Shown here in pieces: positions 55,801-61,006 of a stretch of DNA of 61,006 nt. The first letter of the stretch is position 1, and each line of letters starts with the position of its first letter. The translations under genes were made by a program, and so were the position numbers. The notes below the pieces were generated by a model. It was not told the DNA's origin. It did no database searches and saw nothing but the letters and a program-made list of their open reading frames with translations. Source of the DNA: Syntrophomonadaceae bacterium (GTDB lineage: Bacteria; Bacillota; Dethiobacteria; DTU022); assembly GCA_007130825.1 (NCBI GenBank), contig SLRT01000060.1, positions 1 to 61,006 of the forward strand, read 5' to 3'.

Positions 55801-57228
55801 TTGAATGATATGACCAGCTATCTGCGCCTGACGCTCGATGAACATACTGCGGCCGCGGGCATGATTACCAGGCTCGAAGCTTTCAGGAATACCTGTCTGT
55901 CCAAAGAAGAGATCCACGCACCGGTTATGCATTCATCTGCTACACGCAGGATTGACCAAAATGACTGGAATAAAATACTAATTCCCGAACCCACGCTTCA
56001 CTCTGATGTTTTTGCGGCAATGTTCAGGAGTCGCGGGATCGAAGCCGAGGTTTTACCGCGGGGTAAGGGCGGTGATCTTTCGTTGGCTCAACGCGTTGTT
56101 AACGGAGAGGAATGCCTGCCCTTTATCCAAAACCTGCAGGATTATTTGCAGTACCTGCAGACAAACGGTGGCGGTGATAATGGCGAAGTATTCTTTCAGG
56201 GCTGGGCCTGCGGTCCCTGCCGCTACGGCCTTTATGCTCCGGCACAGTCCCTGGCCGTTAACAGGGCCGGTTTCGGTGAACGTAAAGTGTGCGCCATAAA
56301 ATTTTCTGATATAAGCAAACGCTGTGGCTACACGTTCGTGGTCGGTATTTATAACGCTATGCTGGTCATGGATCTGCTCTATAAAATGCTGCACAAGGTT
56401 CGACCCTACGAATTGGAACCGGGCGCAGCCGAGAAACTTTTTAATCATTACAGCAGTAAACTTTTTGATCTGCTGGAAAATTACAAACTTCCGCTGACCA
56501 GCCTGGTAAGTGGAAGTTACAGAAAACCGCTCGAAAAACTGGTCAAGGAAGCGGCGGATGATTTTGGGCGCGTGCCGGTCGATAATACCGTAAAACCGAG
56601 GATTTTGCTCGGCGGTGAATTTTACGTGCGTATTGATGATCGCTGTAACCAGGCGGTAATCAAAAAAATAGAGGAGGCCGGAGGCGAGGTTTGCCTTGCC
56701 CCGACGACTGAAATATTTAGCTATACCATTTATATTGATTATCATGAGGCCCTGCAGGCATTTAAATTGAACCGCAGAGCCGCCGACTATATTAAGCAGG
56801 CCCTATATTCCATCCTGAGCAAAATAGCGCATCGTGACGAAGTTGCCCTGGAAAACGCAGCCGGGCCGCTGCTTGAAGACCTGCATGAACCTGCACCCTG
56901 GGAGATTATGGAGCACGCCGTAAAATATGTTTCCAGGCATTACGGCGGTGAACCGCCGATGACGATCGGGCGTTCTGCTGCTTTTGCCCAACGGGACCGG
57001 GTTACAGGGGCCATCTTTGTCGCCCCGTTTACCTGTATGCCCAGTTCAGTGGTCGAAGCGCAGCAAAGACCTTTGCAGGAAGAACTGGGTATTCCGGTAG
57101 TTACCATTTACTACGACGGAAAAGAAAATACCAACCGCGACGAGTTGGTCGAAGGACTGGTCTTTCAGGCCCGGCAGAAACTTAACGGCGATCGGCCTGC
57201 TCCAGGCAGACAACATCCGCGACCCTGA
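52858..57228 (+). CDS. Multidomain 2-hydroxyacyl-CoA dehydratase/activase (2x BadF/HgdC ATPase + DUF2229/dehydratase-like domains)
   Basis: GLDIG..S.K, CAAGSG, GRCAVFAKSD; GVDCGSVSTK, EIGGEDSK, CAAGTG; EMCYP, CP, CGP, ECLP, GPCRYG, GE.YVR, PFTCMP. Confidence 0.85.
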   Translation: MTKKEQAIIPAIKIGLDIGVFSAKGALIENDKIKKVKFPTAGRPVEAAKRCIDELVGEKKDYKTVGIGVMGQNSKLVAESLGLNPLLEIEALQAGLYHLNVKADYVLSLGHENIHYLELDEQGQISYFSRNGQCAAGSGSFWYQQATRMGYNDRELAEIAVEAESAVPISGRCAVFAKSDMTHAINEGATQSAVSAGMGRALVENVVTSVAQNRFQGPGLLLAVGGVANNRAVIKYLDEFVRRENITLSIPEDHEYINAIGAAVKGVPMNSSSIFNKEFATPRYEPESPLPPLKPEQVCYLEDNPFTGKYDLTRVYLGVDCGSVSTKCVLIDNCGRQIGGVYLPTTGRPALQVLELMKQVEDKYGSLIGSVPIVACTTGSGRFLSQKILNAEYAVDEITCQAEGIKNIFRDEDSLSIIEIGGEDSKFIQLHDGILFDYNMNPVCAAGTGTFLENLAELLGIKIKEEFSAKAFAANYAVDLGDICTLISQSILASASARGLALNEQLASLAYSSAQNYLSKTVDKRPLTGKIVFAGATAKNHALAAALAAICEKNVYVPSEPELTGALGSALVARQFHQRGQESNYSFRDLAAVSKFNNSKKPCKAECKHEHNCVLNVISFNDGNKFIYGDRCGRYSGIEKKEEQTGLPDYAAKRKEILNRAAGESISQGPRVGIARCGLYFDYFPFWAAFLRKLGCSVVLSEETSAETLHKGKIMLDSEMCYPMKVIIGHYQELKEKDLDFIFLPEVVNTEELPWAPQWPRSFVCPLLQTLRGTVENSISLEPERVLYAQLNYIDGYEGIKEQLEPLAKKILGANYRKELVEDAVQEAYSAQDYFRKGIVSAGEAMFEDLKHNRDSAAVVFLSRSYTLYDEFISKKSMRYARQSKLMAVPHEFFTIYLQAWYTGEINSPYLDPYRDEFKAYLEEHVNRMENIYPAQLQKILSSVILVNFLNSKSEETGLPQINMIFLDPFKCGPNAMLRHFLNDMTSYLRLTLDEHTAAAGMITRLEAFRNTCLSKEEIHAPVMHSSATRRIDQNDWNKILIPEPTLHSDVFAAMFRSRGIEAEVLPRGKGGDLSLAQRVVNGEECLPFIQNLQDYLQYLQTNGGGDNGEVFFQGWACGPCRYGLYAPAQSLAVNRAGFGERKVCAIKFSDISKRCGYTFVVGIYNAMLVMDLLYKMLHKVRPYELEPGAAEKLFNHYSSKLFDLLENYKLPLTSLVSGSYRKPLEKLVKEAADDFGRVPVDNTVKPRILLGGEFYVRIDDRCNQAVIKKIEEAGGEVCLAPTTEIFSYTIYIDYHEALQAFKLNRRAADYIKQALYSILSKIAHRDEVALENAAGPLLEDLHEPAPWEIMEHAVKYVSRHYGGEPPMTIGRSAAFAQRDRVTGAIFVAPFTCMPSSVVEAQQRPLQEELGIPVVTIYYDGKENTNRDELVEGLVFQARQKLNGDRPAPGRQHPRP

Positions 57229-57532
57229 TCGCCCGGCACCGGCCGGATTCTGCAGCCAAAATGATTGTGCCGGTTGCCGGGTCGCCGCGCAGGGGTATAC
57301 CGCTGTATGCCTGCCGCCCGTTTTCAGTTAAGACGGTAATGGTGATGGCTTGTTTATTTGCGAGAGCCTGTTCAAGAATTTGCTGCCGCTGCTCCTGCTC
57401 CTGTTCATCGGGAACAGGACGGCGGTGTTTTTGATCCCAGCGGCTTTTTGCGTCATGGCGCTGCAGGCTGCCGCGGTGTTCGGGCAGCATCATTTTACTG
57501 CAGCTAAACTGTTGATTAAACTTTCGGCTCAC
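57182..57532 (-). CDS. YolD-like family protein (PolY accessory)
   Basis: KMMLPEH...L, RP..DEQ......, coupled to the dinB stop. Confidence 0.75.
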   Translation of the reverse strand: MSRKFNQQFSCSKMMLPEHRGSLQRHDAKSRWDQKHRRPVPDEQEQEQRQQILEQALANKQAITITVLTENGRQAYSGIPLRGDPATGTIILAAESGRCRAIRVADVVCLEQADRR

Positions 57533-58761
57533 GAGTCATGTCCTCCGATCTTTTCGGACCGTTGGAAAAATTGTGCGCCCGGCGTTAGTGAGGAGGCCCG
57601 GAAGATGCTGGTTTTACCGAAACGTTCACGCACCCGGTCAACTGCCCCGGTTAAAATCTCTTCCTGCTCGCAGCGCTCGGAGAACCTGATCTGCAGTTGA
57701 CGGTAAACGGTCAGACCGGTCAAGCTTATACCGACCGCGCGGAGCGGTTTTCTGTCCCAGTGCTTGCGGAAAACCCGGAGCACTGTCGGGTAAATATCCA
57801 TGACCGAGGCGGTCGCCTCCGGCAGTTTTTTCTGGCGCGCGAAACCGGTCGGGTGATCGAAGTCGGACCCTTTGCAATAAAGGTGGACAGTGGATCCTAT
57901 TTTCCCCTGGCGGCGGGTTCTGAAGCATACTTCCTCGGTCATTTCCAGTAACACCAGTTCGATCTCCTCCTGTTTCCGGTAGTCCCTGGGCAGGGTCGCC
58001 GTATGGCCGACCCCTTTTTGTTCATGAATCGCCTCCGGCTGAACAGTGGAATGATCGATGCCGTGAGCATTGAGCCAGAGGACTTCTCCGTTTATGCCCC
58101 AGCGCCGGCGGAGCATTTCCCGCGGCAGCCCGGCCAGGTGGCCAATGGTCCGCACACCAATACGGTAAAAGTTGCGTTCCATGCGGTGGCCAACACCGAA
58201 AAGAGAGCCGACCGGCAGGTTCCAGGTGCAGGGGGCATAGTTGGCGCTGTTCAGCTCAAAAAAAGCATCCGGGCTTTTTTTGGCAAAGCAGTCACAGGCC
58301 ATTTTAGCCTGGAGCAGGTTTTCACCCATGCCGATGCGGCAGCGTATCCCGGTTTCTTCCCAAACCTGCCTGTTCACAGCCGCGGCGATTGCTTCCGGTG
58401 GGCCGAAAATATTTTCCAGGCCGGTAAGATCAAGAAACTGTTCATCGATAGAATAAGGGAGGACCCGGTCGGTGAACTGCTCAAAGATCCTGGTTATGTG
58501 CAGTGAATAGTCAATATAGGTCTGCATATGGGGATGGATAAAAATAACCCAGGGGCACATGCGCCTGGCTTCCCAGGCCGGCTGCCCGGTTTTAATCCCA
58601 AAGGCCTTGGCCTCGCGGCTGGCGGCAAGGATTATTCCATGACGCAAAGCAGGATCACCGCAAACAGCAACCGGCTTACCGCGTAAAGAAGGGTTACAGC
58701 TTGTTTCTACGCTGGCATAAAAGGATTCCATGTCGGCCAGAAAAATAACTTTTGCGCGCAT
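57529..58761 (-). CDS. dinB: Y-family DNA polymerase (DinB/YqjW/UvrX type)
   Basis: DM.SFYASVE, G.ILAAS.EAK.FG.KTG, YSIDE.FLD, AKMACD, GVG.R. ATG at 58761 after AGGTG. Confidence 0.9.
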   Translation of the reverse strand: MRAKVIFLADMESFYASVETSCNPSLRGKPVAVCGDPALRHGIILAASREAKAFGIKTGQPAWEARRMCPWVIFIHPHMQTYIDYSLHITRIFEQFTDRVLPYSIDEQFLDLTGLENIFGPPEAIAAAVNRQVWEETGIRCRIGMGENLLQAKMACDCFAKKSPDAFFELNSANYAPCTWNLPVGSLFGVGHRMERNFYRIGVRTIGHLAGLPREMLRRRWGINGEVLWLNAHGIDHSTVQPEAIHEQKGVGHTATLPRDYRKQEEIELVLLEMTEEVCFRTRRQGKIGSTVHLYCKGSDFDHPTGFARQKKLPEATASVMDIYPTVLRVFRKHWDRKPLRAVGISLTGLTVYRQLQIRFSERCEQEEILTGAVDRVRERFGKTSIFRASSLTPGAQFFQRSEKIGGHDS

Positions 58762-58782
58762 GATAACCAATCACCTGTTTTG

Positions 58783-58857
58783 CGAACTAGTGTTTGCATG
58801 ACTTATTATACACCCCCGCCGATAAAAAGAAAAGAGGAAATTACGAACTCATGTTTA
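58783..58857 (-). promoter_or_regulatory. Two LexA (SOS/Cheo) boxes bracketing the dinB promoter
   Basis: CGAACTAGTGTTTG (58783-58796) and CGAACTCATGTTTA (58844-58857) versus CGAAC-N4-GTTYG. Minus-strand TATAAT at 58810-58805. Confidence 0.75.
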
Positions 58858-59150
58858 ACGCTTTCTGCTTATTTTCTGACAAATCTTCTGGTTAATCCGG
58901 ATAAGCGTAAAGCAGGCGTTTTTTTTACAAATATCAATACAAATTAGACTGCATCTATTATAATTAATAGTAACGGATCTGCCTGTCATGATACTGTTCT
59001 TGACAAAAAGAAATCGTAAGCCACAAATTACCAGACCTGTTTGCCGGTTAATCCGGAGTTGATAATTATCCGCTTCTGCTGTTTTTGGTGGTGGACGAGC
59101 TGCGCTAAAAGAGATAATAAGTGGATAATAATTGAAGGAGATCTTTTGAA

Positions 59151-60539
59151 ATGAAACACCTGTCAATTGACCGTTCTTTAGTCATAAATGTTCCGGCTAT
59201 CATCGCTTTCTACGGGGCCGGCGGAAAAACCACGCTGATGTTAAAACTTGCCAATGAAATGACTGCCTTGGGGCATAAAGTTCTCCTGACCACTACAACT
59301 AAGATATTTAGCCCACCGGAAATACCTCTTTTTTGCGATCATAATATTGAACACAAGGTTCAATCATTGCAAGAGCATTTTAAGCACAGCGATACTGCGG
59401 TTCTTGGCAAAAAAATGCTTCCCGGCGGGAAAATAGAGGGCCTGGAGCCTGCTTCTATTGAATACCTGCGTAATAAATTAGCGGTATCGGTTCTTGTCGA
59501 AGCCGACGGAGCGAAAAAAATGCCGATCAAGGGCCATGCTGCCTATGAACCGGTGCTGCCGGCGTCTTCAGATTTGATCATTTCCTTAATTGGCGCTGAC
59601 GCTCTTGGTGCCGCTTTAACTCCAGCTTCTGTTCACCGCCTGAAAGAATATTTACAGGTCACCGGCGCTGAAGAAGGAGACTTGATTACTGAAAAGCTAA
59701 TTGCCGATACTTTCAAGCATATGTTCAGGATTGGCCGTAACCAGGCGCCCCGGGCCCGGATCTTTTCTGTTCTTAATAAAGCTGACTTGCTGCAAAAACC
59801 CGGACCGAGCGCACTAAAAATAGCTAAATTTTTATGTAAAGAGCATAATCGTCCTGAACGCTTTCTACTTACCGAGGGAACCGGCCTTAACCCGGTTACA
59901 ATAACATTAAACTTAGATCCAGAAGAACATTTTGCTTCCGTTTCGTGCGTAGTCCTGGCCGCGGGTGAATCTTCCCGTATGGGCCGCGCTAAGCTTTCAC
60001 TTCGGTCGGGAAATAAAACAATACTGGAACAAACTCTTACCCAGGCCGCCGGTTCCGGACTCAAAGATATCGTGGTTGTAACCGGCCCTGAAAGTCCCTG
60101 CTCGGAAACAATTAAAGCAAGCGGGTTTAAACTGGTTGAAAACCCAATTTACAAAACCGGTATGGCCAGCTCTTTAAAGGCCGGACTGAATGCGGTTGAT
60201 ATAACAGCGCAGGGAGTTATTTTCGCCCTGGCCGATCAACCGCAGGTGCCCTCAGAAATATACAGCTCGCTTTATAAAAAGTATAACACTCATCTTTCGT
60301 TATGCACTTTCCCGGTCTATAGGGGCCAAAGGGGCAATCCGGCTCTTTTTGACCGGCGGTTATGGCCGGACTTAATGAATCTGTCCGGTGATCAAGGGGG
60401 AAGAGCAGTACTAAATAATTTAAGAGACGATCAGATTGACTGCATTGAAACTAACACCCCGGCTGTGCTTTTAGATATTGACAGCCCGGAAGATTATTTG
60501 TTCTATTTAAGTTATTTAGCGAGCTCCCAGTTATTCTGA
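59151..60539 (+). CDS. yqeC: YqeC (Se-dependent molybdenum hydroxylase accessory) fused to MocA/YgfJ-type molybdenum cofactor cytidylyltransferase
   Basis: G.GGKTT.M..LA, TTTTKI, LVEADGA...P.K.....EPV, LNK.D; then LAAG.SSRMG..K, GMASSL..G, LADQP, GNP.LF, GD.GGR, DID.PEDY. Confidence 0.85.
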   Translation: MKHLSIDRSLVINVPAIIAFYGAGGKTTLMLKLANEMTALGHKVLLTTTTKIFSPPEIPLFCDHNIEHKVQSLQEHFKHSDTAVLGKKMLPGGKIEGLEPASIEYLRNKLAVSVLVEADGAKKMPIKGHAAYEPVLPASSDLIISLIGADALGAALTPASVHRLKEYLQVTGAEEGDLITEKLIADTFKHMFRIGRNQAPRARIFSVLNKADLLQKPGPSALKIAKFLCKEHNRPERFLLTEGTGLNPVTITLNLDPEEHFASVSCVVLAAGESSRMGRAKLSLRSGNKTILEQTLTQAAGSGLKDIVVVTGPESPCSETIKASGFKLVENPIYKTGMASSLKAGLNAVDITAQGVIFALADQPQVPSEIYSSLYKKYNTHLSLCTFPVYRGQRGNPALFDRRLWPDLMNLSGDQGGRAVLNNLRDDQIDCIETNTPAVLLDIDSPEDYLFYLSYLASSQLF

Positions 60540-60685
60540 TTATATAAGTTTAGCAAAGGATTGTGTAACGCCTGCGAGATTCAAAAGCGGACACTAAAAG
60601 TAAATAATATGTATTTTTTTGCAAGATCGGTATAAAACCGTTTGTACTTATCGGAAACCTGTTCAATTGCTCTAAATGGGTTTTT

Positions 60686-60750
60686 ATGGGAAATATTAAT
60701 TTGACTCCAGGCGACTGTAGTGGTATACTCACAAGGTGGATATTTCCCAT
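60686..60750 (+). promoter_or_regulatory. SigA promoter enclosed by 11-bp perfect inverted repeats
   Basis: ATGGGAAATAT (60686) ... TTGACT(60701)-17 nt-TATACT(60724, extended TG) ... ATATTTCCCAT (60740). Confidence 0.65.
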
Positions 60751-60835
60751 TTTAAAAACGTTTACCGGGTGAAACAGGACAAAATGTTTAACTTAATTAT
60801 GATCTCAGCCACTACAAAGTATCGAATATTTTAAC

Positions 60836-60872
60836 GAAGAAAAAAGCTCCATTATATGGGCTTTTTTTCTTC
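60836..60872 (+). terminator. Intrinsic terminator/attenuator hairpin in the leader of the next gene
   Basis: GAAGAAAAAAGCTCC-ATTATAT-GGGCTTTTTTTCTTC. Confidence 0.6.
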
Positions 60873-60998
60873 TCGCTGCAAACTGCTGATGACCAGCAAC
60901 TGTATCTTTAACCTGCAGTGAATTGTTGGTAAAATATTTTTTAGTAAAACTTTTGATCAAACAACGTTAGTAAATGATATAAATGAAGGAGATTACAT

Positions 60999-61006
60999 AT
61001 GGCAGA
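60999..61006 (+). CDS. Start of a downstream CDS truncated by the window edge
   Basis: GAAGGAG RBS followed by ATGGCAGA. Confidence 0.55.

Noticed and set aside
58860-59150. Moco riboswitch or CodY box upstream of yqeC-mocA; GGTTAATCCGGA repeated at 58890 and 59046
   Set aside because: No recognisable Moco aptamer elements; the CodY-like site has three mismatches in AT-rich DNA; the single 12-mer repeat has no supporting context.
1-61006. CRISPR arrays, IS elements, rRNA and the many short antisense ORFs in the track
   Set aside because: No regularly spaced repeats, transposase or rRNA motifs were seen; the short ORFs overlap well-supported genes and are shadow frames.

Overview
Core-chromosome segment of an anaerobic Bacillota (Clostridia/Dethiobacteria-like, inferred from gene order and SigA/SigH/LexA-type signals), with almost all genes on the + strand. 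It carries the conserved asp23-amaP-nusB...xseAB-ispA-OLE RNA-oapA-dxs-tlyA-nadK-recN locus; the ~560-nt OLE ncRNA (9305-9864) is not in the ORF track. Then come nudF-xerD-CCA-type nucleotidyltransferase-S2P-trpS-scpAB-rluB-cmk-plsC-ispH/rpsA-DUF512-der-plsY, two tRNAs (Pro-GGG, Leu-CAG) and polyamine/osmolyte genes (eam, speD, speE, an MfpsA/SPS-like glycosyltransferase). The right part has thiolase-argF-giant dehydratase/activase, an SOS-boxed dinB-yolD cassette and a yqeC-mocA fusion. Every slot that normally holds sporulation genes is empty or replaced. The best candidates for undescribed biology are: (i) an Rrf2 regulon defined by a shared 7-3-7 operator controlling a Cys-rich pseudo-HD protein plus a ferredoxin; (ii) an SfrAB-like NADPH oxidoreductase whose alpha subunit lacks the Mo ligand and domain IV; (iii) a kinase plus MfpsA-like glycosyltransferase pair in a tRNA-Leu islet; (iv) a promoter bracketed by 11-bp inverted repeats and followed by a putative leader peptide and terminator at the window end. 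All protein calls are from recognising motifs by eye; no searches were run.
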